From assembly GCA_964016885.1 (NCBI GenBank), contig OZ024762.1, forward strand, positions 29,388,001 through 29,452,000: DNA of 64,000 bases, given 5' to 3'. Each line of letters begins with the position of its first letter. The first letter of the stretch is position 1. Source of the DNA: Eledone cirrhosa. Lineage: Eukaryota. Of this stretch, positions 11,301 to 23,789 are shown one piece after another. Made by a program: the position numbers and the translations under genes. The notes under the pieces are model-generated. The model was given only the letters and a program-made list of their open reading frames with translations, was not told the origin of the DNA and did no database searches.

Positions 11301-14300
11301 CAGATGTCATGTTAGGGTGGTGGGTTGGCAGTTAGGGTAGAGGGTCAGATGTCATGTTATGGTGGAGGGTTGGCAGTAAGGGTAGAGGGTCAGATGTCAG
11401 GTTAGGGTGGTGGGTTGTCAGTAAGGGTAGAGGGTCAGATGTCAGGTTAGGGTGGTGGGTTGGCAGTAAGGGTAGAGGGTCAGATGTCATGTTAGGGTGG
11501 TGGGTTTGCAGTATTGGTAGAGGGTCAGATGTCAGGTTAGGGTGGTGGGTTGGCAGTATTGGTAGAGGGTCAGATGTCAGGTTAGGGTGGTGGGTTGTCA
11601 GTAAGGGTAGAGGGTCAGATGTCAGGTTAGGGTGGTGGGTTGGCAGTATTGGTAGAGGGTCAGATGTCATGTTAGGGTGGTGGGTTGGCAGTATTGGTAG
11701 AGGGTCAGATGTCATGTTAGGGTGGTGGGTTGGCAGTATTGGTAGAGGATCAGATGTCATGTTAGGGTGGTGGGTTGGCAGTATTGGTAGAGGGTCAGAT
11801 GTCAGGTTAGGGTGGTGGGTTGGCAGTAAGGGTAGAGGGTCAGATGTCAGGTTAGGGTGGTGGGTTGGCAGTAAGGGTAGAGGGTCAGATGTCAGGTTAG
11901 GGTGGTGGGTTGGCAGTATTGGTAGAGGGTCAGATGTCATGTTAGGGTGGTGGGTTGGCAGTATTGGTAGAGGGTCCGATGTCAGGTTAGGGTGGTGGGT
12001 TGGCAGTAAGGGTAGAGTGTCAGACACCATGTTAGGGTGGTGGGTTGGCAGTAAGGGTAGAGGGTCAGACACCATGTTAGGGTGGTGGGTTGGCAGTATT
12101 GGTAGAGGGTCAGATGTCATGTTAGGGTGGTGGGTTGGCAGTATTGGTAGAGGGTCAGATGTCAGGTTAGGGTGGTGGGTTGTCAGTAAGGTTAGAGGGT
12201 CAGATGTCAGGTTAGGGTGGTGGGATGGCAGTATTGGTAGAGGGTCAGATGTCAGGTTAGGGTGGTGGGTTGGTAGTAAGGGTAGAGGGTCAGATGTCAT
12301 TTTAGGGTGGTGGGTTGGCAGTATTGGTAGAGGGTCAGATGTCAGGTTAGGGTGGTAGATTGGCCGTATTGGTAGAGGGTCAGATGTGAGGTTAGGGTGG
12401 TAGTTTGGCAGTAAGGGTAGAGGGTCAGATGTCAGGTTAGGGTGGTGGGTTGGCAGTAAGGGTAGAGGGTCAGATGTCATGTTAGGGTGGTGGGTTTGCA
12501 GTATTGGTAGAGGGTCAGATGTCAGGTTAGGGTGGTGGGTTGGCAGTATTGGTAGAGGGTCCGATGTCAGGTTAAGGTGGTGGGTTGGCAGTAAGGGTAG
12601 AGTGTCAGACACCATGTTAGGGTGGTCGGTTGGCAGTAAGGGTAGAGGGTCAGACACCATGTTAGGGTGATGGGTTGGCAGTAAGGGTAGAGGGTCAGAT
12701 GCCATGTTAGGGTGGTGGGTTGGCAGTAAGGGTAGAGGGTCAGATGCCATGTTATGGTGGTGGGTTGGCAGTAAGGGTAGAGGGTCAGATGTCATGTTAG
12801 GGTGGTGGTTTGGCAGTAAGCGTAGAGGGTCAGATGTCAGGTTAGGGTGGTGGGTTGTCAGTAAGGGTAGAGGGTCAGATGTCAGGTTAGGGTGGTGGGT
12901 TGGCAGTAAGGGTAGAGGGTCAGATGTCAGGTTAGGGTGGTGGGTTGTCAGTAAGGGTAGAGGGTCAGATGTCAGGTTAGGGTGGTGGGTTGTCAGTAAG
13001 GGTAGAGGGTCAGATGTCAGGTTAGGGTGGTGGGTTGGCAGTAAGGGTAGAGGGTCAGATGTCAGGTTAGGGTGGTGGGTTGGCAGTAAGGGTAGAGGGT
13101 CATATGTCAGGTTAGGGTGGTGGGTTGGCAGTAAGGGTAGAGGGTCAGATGTCATGTTAGGGTGGTGGGTTGGCAGTAAGGGTAGAGGGTCAGATGTCAT
13201 GTTAGGGTGGTGGGTTGGCAGTAAGGGTAGAGGGTCAGACACCATGTTAGGGTGGTGGGTTGGCAGTTAGGGTAGAGGGTCAGATGTCATGTTATGGTGG
13301 TGGGTTGGCAGTAAGGGTAGAGGGTCAGATGTCAGGTTAGGGTGGTGGGTTGTCAGTAAGGGTAGAGGGTCAGATGTCAGGTTAGGGTGGTGGGTTGGCA
13401 GTAAGGGTAGAGGGTCAGATGTCATGTTAGGGTGGTGGGTTTGCAGTATTGGTAGAGGGTCAGATGTCAGGTTAGGGTGGTGGGTTGGCAGTATTGGTAG
13501 AGGGTCAGATGTCAGGTTAGGGTGGTGGGTTGTCAGTAAGGGTAGAGGGTCAGATGTCAGGTTAGGGTGGTGGGTTGGCAGTATTGGTAGAGGGTCAGAT
13601 GTCATGTTAGGGTGGTGGGTTGGCAGTATTGGTAGAGGGTCAGATGTCATGTTAGGGTGGTGGGTTGGCAGTATTGGTAGAGGATCAGATGTCATGTTAG
13701 GGTGGTGGGTTGGCAGTATTGGTAGAGGGTCAGATGTCAGGTTAGGGTGGTGGGTTGGCAGTAAGGGTAGAGGGTCAGATGTCAGGTTAGGGTGGTGGGT
13801 TGGCAGTAAGGGTAGAGGGTCAGATGTCAGGTTAGGGTGGTGGGTTGGCAGTATTGGTAGAGGGTCAGATGTCATGTTAGGGTGGTGGGTTGGCAGTATT
13901 GGTAGAGGGTCCGATGTCAGGTTAGGGTGGTGGGTTGGCAGTAAGGGTAGAGTGTCAGACACCATGTTAGGGTGGTGGGTTGGCAGTAAGGGTAGAGGGT
14001 CAGATGTCAGGTTAGGGTGGTGGGTTGGCAGTAACGGTAGAGGGTCAGATGTCAGGTTAGGGTGGTGGGTTGTCAGTAAGGGTAGAGGGTCAGATGTCAT
14101 GTTAGGGTGGTGGGTTGTCAGTAAGGGTAGAGGGTCAGATGTCAGGTTAGGGTGGTGGGTTGGCAGTATTGGTAGAGGGTCAGATGTCAGGTTAGGGTGG
14201 TGGGTTGGTAGTAAGGGTAGAGGGTCAGATGTCCTTTTTGGGTGGTGGGTTGGCAGTATTGGTAGAGGGTCAGATGTCAGGTTAGGGTGGTAGATTGGCA

Positions 14301-17300
14301 GTATTGGTAGAGGGTCAGATGTGAGGTTAGGGTGGTGGTTTGGCAGTAAGGGTAGAGGGTCAGATGTCAGGTTAGGGTGGTGGGTTGGCAGTAAGGGTAG
14401 AGGGTCAGATGTCATGTTAGGGTGGTGGTTTTGCAGTATTGGTAGAGGGTCAGATGTCAGGTTAGGGTGGTGGGTTGGCAGTATTGGTAGAGGGTCACAT
14501 GTCAGGTTAGGGTGGTGGTTTGGCAGTATTGGTAGAGGGTCAGATGTCATGTTAGGGTGGTGGTTTGGCAGTATTGGTAGAGGGTCAGATGTCATGTTAG
14601 GGTGGTGGTTTGGCAGTAAGGGTAGAGGGTCAGATATCATGCTAGGGTGGTGGGTTGGCAGTAAGGGTAGAGGGTCAGATGTCATGTTAGGGTGGTGGGT
14701 TGGCAGTATTGGTAGAGTGTCAGACGCCATGTTAGGGTGGTGGGTTGGCAGTATTGGTAGAGGGTCAGATGTCATGTTAGGGTGGTGGGTTGGCAGTATT
14801 GGTAGAGGGTCAGATGTCATGTTAGGGTGGTGGGTTGGCAGTATTGGTAGAGGGTCAGATGTCAGGTTAGGGTGGTGGGTTGGCAGTAAGAGTAGAGGGT
14901 CAGATGTCATGTTAGGGTGGTGGGTTTGCAGTATTGGTAGAGGGTCAGATGTCAGGTTAGGGTGGTGGGTTGGCAGTATTGGTAGAGGGTCACATGTCAG
15001 GTTAGGGTGGTGGTTTGGCAGTATTGGTAGAGGGTCAGATGTCAGGTTAGGGTGGTGGTTTGGCAGTATTGGTAGAGGGTCAGATGTCATGTTAGGGTGG
15101 TGGTTTGGCAGTAAGGGTAGAGGGTCAGATGTCATGTTAGGGTGGTGGGTTGGCAGGAAGGGTAGAGGGTCAGATGTCATGTTAGGGTGGTGGGTTGGCA
15201 GTATTGGTAGAGGGTCAGACGCCATGTTAGGGTGGTGGGTTGGCAGTATTGGTAGAGGGTCAGATGTCATGTTAGGGTGGTGGGTTGGCAGTAAGGGTAG
15301 AGGGTCAGATGTCAGGTTAGAGTGGTGGGTTGGCAGTATTGGTAGAGGGTCAGATGTCAGGTTAGGGTGGTGGGTTGGCAGTATTGGTAGAGGGTCAGAT
15401 GTCATGTTAGGGTGGTGGGTTGGCAGTATTGGTAGAGGGTCAGATGTCAGGTTATGGTGGTGGGTTGGTAGTAAGGGTAGAGGGTCAGATGTCAGGTTAG
15501 GGTGGTGGGTTGCCAGTATTGGTAGAGGGTCAGATGTCAGGTTAGGGTGGTGGGTTGGCAGTATTGGTAGAGGGTCCGATGTCAGGTTAAGGTGGTGGGT
15601 TGGCAGTAAGGGTAGAGTGTCAGACACCATGTTAGGGTGGTCGGTTGGCAGTAAGGGTAGAGGGTCAGACACCATGTTAGGGTGATGGGTTGGCAGTAAG
15701 GGTAGAGGGTCAGATGCCATGTTAGGGTGGTGGGTTGGCAGTAAGGGTAGAGGGTCAGATGCCATGTTATGGTGGTGGGTTGGCAGTAAGGGTAGAGGGT
15801 CAGATGTCATGTTAGGGTGGTGGTTTGGCAGTAAGCGTAGAGGGTCAGATGTCAGGTTAGGGTGGTGGGTTGTCAGTAAGGGTAGAGGGTCAGATGTCAG
15901 GTTAGGGTGGTGGGTTGGCAGTAAGGGTAGAGGGTCAGATGTCAGGTTAGGGTGGTGGGTTGTCAGTAAGGGTAGAGGGTCAGATGTCAGGTTAGGGTGG
16001 TGGGTTGTCAGTAAGGGTAGAGGGTCAGATGTCAGGTTAGGGTGGTGGGTTGGCAGTAAGGGTAGAGGGTCAGATGTCAGGTTAGGGTGGTGGGTTGGCA
16101 GTAAGGGTAGAGGGTCATATGTCAGGTTAGGGTGGTGGGTTGGCAGTAAGGGTAGAGGGTCAGATGTCATGTTAGGGTGGTGGGTTGGCAGTAAGGGTAG
16201 AGGGTCAGATGTCATGTTAGGGTGGTGGGTTGGCAGTAAGGGTAGAGGGTCAGACACCATGTTAGGGTGGTGGGTTGGCAGTTAGGGTAGAGGGTCAGAT
16301 GTCATGTTATGGTGGTGGGTTGGCAGTAAGGGTAGAGGGTCAGATGTCAGGTTAGGGTGGTGGGTTGTCAGTAAGGGTAGAGGGTCAGATGTCAGGTTAG
16401 GGTGGTGGGTTGGCAGTAAGGGTAGAGGGTCAGATGTCATGTTAGGGTGGTGGGTTTGCAGTATTGGTAGAGGGTCAGATGTCAGGTTAGGGTGGTGGGT
16501 TGGCAGTATTGGTAGAGGGTCAGATGTCAGGTTAGGGTGGTGGGTTGTCAGTAAGGGTAGAGGGTCAGATGTCAGGTTAGGGTGGTGGGTTGGCAGTATT
16601 GGTAGAGGGTCAGATGTCATGTTAGGGTGGTGGGTTGGCAGTATTGGTAGAGGGTCAGATGTCATGTTAGGGTGGTGGGTTGGCAGTATTGGTAGAGGAT
16701 CAGATGTCATGTTAGGGTGGTGGGTTGGCAGTATTGGTAGAGGGTCAGATGTCAGGTTAGGGTGGTGGGTTGGCAGTAAGGGTAGAGGGTCAGATGTCAG
16801 GTTAGGGTGGTGGGTTGGCAGTAAGGGTAGAGGGTCAGATGTCAGGTTAGGGTGGTGGGTTGGCAGTATTGGTAGAGGGTCAGATGTCATGTTAGGGTGG
16901 TGGGTTGGCAGTATTGGTAGAGGGTCCGATGTCAGGTTAGGGTGGTGGGTTGGCAGTAAGGGTAGAGTGTCAGACACCATGTTAGGGTGGTGGGTTGGCA
17001 GTAAGGGTAGAGGGTCAGATGTCAGGTTAGGGTGGTGGGTTGGCAGTAACGGTAGAGGGTCAGATGTCAGGTTAGGGTGGTGGGTTGTCAGTAAGGGTAG
17101 AGGGTCAGATGTCATGTTAGGGTGGTGGGTTGTCAGTAAGGGTAGAGGGTCAGATGTCAGGTTAGGGTGGTGGGTTGGCAGTATTGGTAGAGGGTCAGAT
17201 GTCAGGTTAGGGTGGTGGGTTGGTAGTAAGGGTAGAGGGTCAGATGTCCTTTTTGGGTGGTGGGTTGGCAGTATTGGTAGAGGGTCAGATGTCAGGTTAG

Positions 17301-20300
17301 GGTGGTAGATTGGCAGTATTGGTAGAGGGTCAGATGTGAGGTTAGGGTGGTGGTTTGGCAGTAAGGGTAGAGGGTCAGATGTCAGGTTAGGGTGGTGGGT
17401 TGGCAGTAAGGGTAGAGGGTCAGATGTCATGTTAGGGTGGTGGTTTTGCAGTATTGGTAGAGGGTCAGATGTCAGGTTAGGGTGGTGGGTTGGCAGTATT
17501 GGTAGAGGGTCACATGTCAGGTTAGGGTGGTGGTTTGGCAGTATTGGTAGAGGGTCAGATGTCATGTTAGGGTGGTGGTTTGGCAGTATTGGTAGAGGGT
17601 CAGATGTCATGTTAGGGTGGTGGTTTGGCAGTAAGGGTAGAGGGTCAGATATCATGCTAGGGTGGTGGGTTGGCAGTAAGGGTAGAGGGTCAGATGTCAT
17701 GTTAGGGTGGTGGGTTGGCAGTATTGGTAGAGTGTCAGACGCCATGTTAGGGTGGTGGGTTGGCAGTATTGGTAGAGGGTCAGATGTCATGTTAGGGTGG
17801 TGGGTTGGCAGTATTGGTAGAGGGTCAGATGTCATGTTAGGGTGGTGGGTTGGCAGTATTGGTAGAGGGTCAGATGTCAGGTTAGGGTGGTGGGTTGGCA
17901 GTAAGAGTAGAGGGTCAGATGTCAGGTTAGGGTGGTGGTTTGCCAGTATTGGTAGAGGGTCAGATGTCATGTTAGGGTGGTGGGTTGGCAGTATTGGTAG
18001 AGGGTCAGATGTCAGGTTAGGGTGGTGGGTTGGCAGTATTGGTAGAGGGTCAGATGTCAGGTTAGGGTGGTGGGTTGGCAGTAAGGGTAGAGGGTCAGAT
18101 GTCAGGTTAGGGTGGTGGGTTGGCAGTATTGGTAGAGGGTCAGATGTCATGTTAGGGTGGTGGGTTGGCAGTATTGGTAGAGGGTCAGATGTCATGTTAG
18201 GGTGGTGGGTTGGCAGTATTGGTAGAGGATCAGATGTCATGTTAGGGTGGTGGGTTGGCAGTATTGGTAGAGGGTCAGATGTCAGGTTAGGGTGGTGGGT
18301 TGGCAGTAAGGGTAGAGGGTCAGATCTCAGGTTAGGGTGGTGGGTTGGCAGTATTGGTAGAGGGTCAGATGTCAGGTTAGGGTGGTGGGTTGGCAGTAAG
18401 GGTAGAGGGTCAGATGTCAGGTTAGGGTGGTGGGTTGGCAGTAAGGGTAGAGGGTCAGATGTCAGGTTATGGTGGTGGGTTGGCAGTATTGGTAGAGGGT
18501 CAGATGTCAGGTTAGGGTGGTGGGTTGGCAGTATTGGTAGAGGGTCAGATGTCAGGTTAGGGTGGTGGGTTGGCAGTATTGGTAGAGGGTCAGATGTCAG
18601 GTTAGGGTGGTGGGTTGGCAGTAAGGGTAGAGGGTCAGACACCATGTTAGGGTGGTGGGTTGTCAGTAAGGGTAGAGGGTCAGATGTCACGTTATGGTGG
18701 TGGGTTGGCAGTAAGGGTAGAGGGTCAGATGTCAGGTTAGGGTGGTGGGTTGTCTGTAAGGGTAGAGGCTCAGATGTCAGGTTAGGGTGGTGGTTTGTCA
18801 GTAAGGGTAGAGGGTCAGATGTCAGGTTAGGGTGGTGGGTTGGCAGTAAGGGTAGAGGGTCAGATGTCAGGTTAGGGTGGTGGGTTGGCAGTAAGGGTAG
18901 AGGGTCAGATGTCATGTTAGGGTGGTGGGTTGGCAGTAAGGGTAGAGGGTCAGATGTCATGTTAGGGTGGTGGGTTGGCAGTCAGGGTAGAGGGTCAGAT
19001 GTCATGTTAGGGTGGTGGGTTGGCAGTCAGGGTAGAGGGTCAGACACCATGTTAGGGTGGTGGGTTGGCAGTAAGGGTAGAGGGTCAGATGTCAGGTTAG
19101 GGTGGTGGGTTGTCAGTAAGGGTAGAGGGTCAGATGTCAGGTAAGGGTGGTGGTTTGGCAGTAAGGGTAGAGGGTAAGATGTCATGTTAGGGTGGTGGGT
19201 TTGCAGTATTGGTAGAGGGTCAGATGTCAGGTTAGGGTGGTGGTTTGGCAGTATTGGTAGAGGGTCAGATGTCAGGTTAGGGTGGTGGTTTGGCAGTAAG
19301 GGTAGAGGGTCAGATGTCAGGTTAGGGTGGTGGGTTGGCAGTATTGGTAGAGGGTCATATGTCAGGTTAGGGTGGTGGGTTGGCAGTAAGGGTAGAGGGT
19401 CAGACACCATGTTAGGGTGGTGGGTTGGCAGTAAGGGTAGAGGGTCAGATGTCAGGTTAGGGTGGTGGGTTGGCAGTAAGGGTAGAGGGTCAGATGTCAG
19501 GTTAGGGTGGTGGGTTGGCAGTAAGGGTAGAGGGTCAGATGTCAGGTTAGGGTGGTGGGTTGGCAGTATTAGTAGAGGGTCAGATGTCAGGTTAGGGTGG
19601 TGGGTTGGTAGTAAGGGTAGAGGGTCAGATGTCATTTTAGGGTGGTGGGTTGGCAGTATGGGTAGAGGGTCAGATGTCAGGTTAGGGTGGTAGATTGGCA
19701 GTATTGGTAGAGGGTCAGATGTGAGGTTAGGGTGGTGGTTTGGCAGTAAGGGTAGAGGGTCAGATGTCAGGTTAGGGTGGTGGGTTGGCAGTAAGGGTAG
19801 AGGGTCAGATGTCATGTTAGGGTGGTGGGTTTGCAGTATTGGTAGAGGGTCAGATGTCAGGTTAGGGTGGTGGGTTGGCAGTATTGGTAGAGGGTCACAT
19901 GTCAGGTTAGGGTGGTGGTTTGGCAGTATTGGTAGAGGGTCAGATGTCATGTTAGGGTGGTGGTTTGGCAGTATTGGTAGAGGGTCAGATGTCATGTTAG
20001 GGTGGTGGTTTGGCAGTAAGGGTAGAGGGTCAGATATCATGTTAGGGTGGTGGGTTGGCAGTAAGGGTAGAGGGTCAGATGTCATGTTAGGGTGGTGGGT
20101 TGGCAGTATTGGTAGAGGGTCAGACGCCATGTTAGGGTGGTGGGTTGGCAGTATTGGTAGAGGGTCAGATGTCATGTTAGGGTGGTGGGTTGGCAGTATT
20201 GGTAGAGGGTCAGATGTCATGTTAGGGTGGTGGGTTGGCAGTATTGGTAGAGGGTCAGATGTCAGGTTAGGGTGGTGGGTTGGCAGTAAGAGTCGAGGGT

Positions 20301-22145
20301 CAGATGTCAGGTTAGGGTGGTGGGTTGCCAGTATTGGTAGAGGGTCAGATGTCAGGTTAGGGTGGTGGGTTGGCAGTATTGGTAGAGGGTCAGATGTCAG
20401 GTTAGGGTGGTGGGTTGGCAGTAAGGGTAGAGGGTCAGATGTCAGGTTAGGGTGGTGGGTTGGCAGTATTGGTAGAGGGTCAGATGTCATGTTAGGGTGG
20501 TGGGTTGGCAGTATTGGTAGAGGGTCAGATGTCATGTTAGGGTGGTGGGTTGGCAGTATTGGTAGAGGATCAGATGTCATGTTAGGGTGGTGGGTTGGCA
20601 GTATTGGTAGAGGGTCAGATGTCAGGTTAGGGTGGTGGGTTGGCAGTAAGGGTAGAGGGTCAGATCTCAGGTTAGGGTGGTGGGTTGGCAGTATTGGTAG
20701 AGGGTCAGATGTCAGGTTAGGGTGGTGGGTTGGCAGTAAGGGTAGAGGGTCAGATGTCAGGTTAGGGTGGTGGGTTGGCAGTAAGGGTAGAGGGTCAGAT
20801 GTCAGGTTATGGTGGTGGGTTGGCAGTAAGGGTAGAGGGTCAGATGTCATGTTAGGGTGGTGGGTTGGCAGTATTGGTAGAGGATCAGATGTCATGTTAG
20901 GGTGGTGGGTTGGCAGTTAGGGTAGAGGGTCAGATGTCATGTTATGGTGGAGGGTTGGCAGTAAGGGTAGAGGGTCAGATGTCAGGTTAGGGTGGTGGGT
21001 TGTCAGTAAGGGTAGAGGGTCAGATGTCAGGTTAGGGTGGTGGGTTGGCAGTAAGGGTAGAGGGTCAGATGTCATGTTAGGGTGGTGGGTTTGCAGTATT
21101 GGTAGAGGGTCAGATGTCAGGTTAGGGTGGTGGGTTGGCAGTATTGGTAGAGGGTCAGATGTCAGGTTAGGGTGGTGGGTTGTCAGTAAGGGTAGAGGGT
21201 CAGATGTCAGGTTAGGGTGGTGGGTTGGCAGTATTGGTAGAGGGTCAGATGTCATGTTAGGGTGGTGGGTTGGCAGTATTGGTAGAGGGTCAGATGTCAT
21301 GTTAGGGTGGTGGGTTGGCAGTATTGGTAGAGGATCAGATGTCATGTTAGGGTGGTGGGTTGGCAGTATTGGTAGAGGGTCAGATGTCAGGTTAGGGTGG
21401 TGGGTTGGCAGTAAGGGTAGAGGGTCAGATGTCAGGTTAGGGTGGTGGGTTGGCAGTAAGGGTAGAGGGTCAGATGTCAGGTTAGGGTGGTGGGTTGGCA
21501 GTATTGGTAGAGGGTCAGATGTCATGTTAGGGTGGTGGGTTGGCAGTATTGGTAGAGGGTCCGATGTCAGGTTAGGGTGGTGGGTTGGCAGTAAGGGTAG
21601 AGTGTCAGACACCATGTTAGGGTGGTGGGTTGGCAGTAAGGGTAGAGGGTCAGACACCATGTTAGGGTGGTGGGTTGGCAGTATTGGTAGAGGGTCAGAT
21701 GTCATGTTAGGGTGGTGGGTTGGCAGTATTGGTAGAGGGTCAGATGTCAGGTTAGGGTGGTGGGTTGTCAGTAAGGTTAGAGGGTCAGATGTCAGGTTAG
21801 GGTGGTGGGATGGCAGTATTGGTAGAGGGTCAGATGTCAGGTTAGGGTGGTGGGTTGGTAGTAAGGGTAGAGGGTCAGATGTCATGTTAGGGTGGTGGGT
21901 TGGCAGTATTGGTAGAGGGTCAGATGTCAGGTTAGGGTGGTAGATTGGCCGTATTGGTAGAGGGTCAGATGTGAGGTTAGGGTGGTAGTTTGGCAGTAAG
22001 GGTAGAGGGTCAGATGTCAGGTTAGGGTGGTGGGTTGGCAGTAAGGGTAGAGGGTCAGATGTCATGTTAGGGTGGTGGGTTTGCAGTATTGGTAGAGGGT
22101 CAGATGTCAGGTTAGGGTGGTGGGTTGGCAGTATTGGTAGAGGGT
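2920..22145 (+). repeat. Higher-order tandem duplication, period 9585 bp (213 units), two near-identical copies containing the 3015-bp duplication
   Basis: ORF boundaries and marker variants recur at +9585: 3682/13267, 6697/16282, 9442/19027, 11332/20917, CCGAT 2976/12561. The match breaks at about 22146 (CACAT vs CCGAT). Confidence 0.95.
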
Positions 22146-23789
22146 CACATGTCAGGTTAGGGTGGTGGTTTGGCAGTATTGGTAGAGGGTCAGATGTCAT
22201 GTTAGGGTGGTGATTTGGCAGTATTGGTAGAGGGTCAGATGTCATGTTAGGGTGGTGGTTTGGCAGTAAGGGTAGAGGGTCAGATATCATGTTAGGGTGG
22301 TGGGTTGGCAGTAAGGGTAGAGGGTCAGATGACATGTTAGGGTGGTGGGTTGGCAGTATTGGTAGAGGGTCAGACGCCATGTTAGGGTGGTGGGTTGGCA
22401 GTATTGGTAGAGGGTCAGATGTCATGTTAGGGTGGTGGGTTGGCAGTATTGGTAGAGGGTCAGATGTCATGTTAGGGTGGTGGGTTGGCAGTATTGGTAG
22501 AGGGTCAGATGTCAGGTTAGGGTGGTGGGTTGGCAGTAAGAGTAGAGGGTCAGATGTCAGGTTAGGGTGGTGGGTTGCCAGTATTGGTAGAGGGTCAGAT
22601 GTCAGGTTAGGGTGGTGGGTTGGCAGTATTGGTAGAGGGTCAGATGTCAGGTTAGGGTGGTGGGTTGGCAGTATTGGTAGAGGGTCAGATGTCAGGTTAG
22701 GGTGGTGGGTTGGCAGTAAGGGTAGAGGGTCAGATGTCAGGTTAGGGTGGTGGGTTGGCAGTATTGGTAGAGGGTCAGATGTCATGTTAGGGTGGTGGGT
22801 TGGCAGTATTGGTAGAGGGTCAGATGTCATGTTAGGGTGGTGGGTTGGCAGTATTGGTAGAGGATCAGATGTCATGTTAGGGTGGTGGGTTGGCAGTATT
22901 GGTAGAGGGTCAGATGTCAGGTTAGGGTGGTGGGTTGGCAGTAAGGGTAGAGGGTCAGATCTCAGGTTAGGGTGGTGGGTTGGCAGTATTGGTAGAGGGT
23001 CAGATGTCAGGTTAGGGTGGTGGGTTGGCAGTAAGGGTAGAGGGTCAGATGTCAGGTTAGGGTGGTGGGTTGGCAGTAAGGGTAGAGGGTCAGATGTCAT
23101 GTTAGGGTGGTGGGTTTGCAGTATTGGTAGAGGGTCAGATGTCAGGTTAGGGTGGTGGGTTGGCAGTATTGGTAGAGGGTCAGATGTCATGTTAGGGTGG
23201 TGGGTTGGCAGTATTGGTAGAGGGTCAGATGTCATGTTAGGGTGGTGGGTTGGCAGTATTGGTAGAGGATCAGATGTCATGTTAGGGTGGTGGGTTGGCA
23301 GTATTGGTAGAGGGTCAGATGTCAGGTTAGGGTGGTGGGTTGGCAGTAAGGGTAGAGGGTCAGATGTCAGGTTAGGGTGGTGGGTTGGCAGTAAGGGTAG
23401 AGGGTCAGATGTCAGGTTAGGGTGGTGGGTTGGCAGTATTGGTAGAGGGTCAGATGTCATGTTAGGGTCGTGGGTTGGCAGTATTGGTAGAGGGTCCGAT
23501 GTCAGGTTAGGGTGGTGGGTTGGCAGTAAGGGTAGAGTGTCAGACACCATTTTAGGGTGGTGGGTTGGCAGTAAGGGTAGAGGGTCAGATGTCAGGTTAG
23601 GGTGGTGGGTTGGCAGTAAGGGTAGAGGGTCAGATGTCAGGTTAGGGTGGTGGGTTGTCAGTAAGGGTAGAGGGTCAGATGTCATGTTAGGGTGGTGGGT
23701 TGTCAGTAAGGGTAGAGGGTCAGATGTCAGGTTAGGGTGGTGGGTTGGCAGTATTGGTAGAGGGTCAGATGTCAGGTTAGGGTGGTGGG

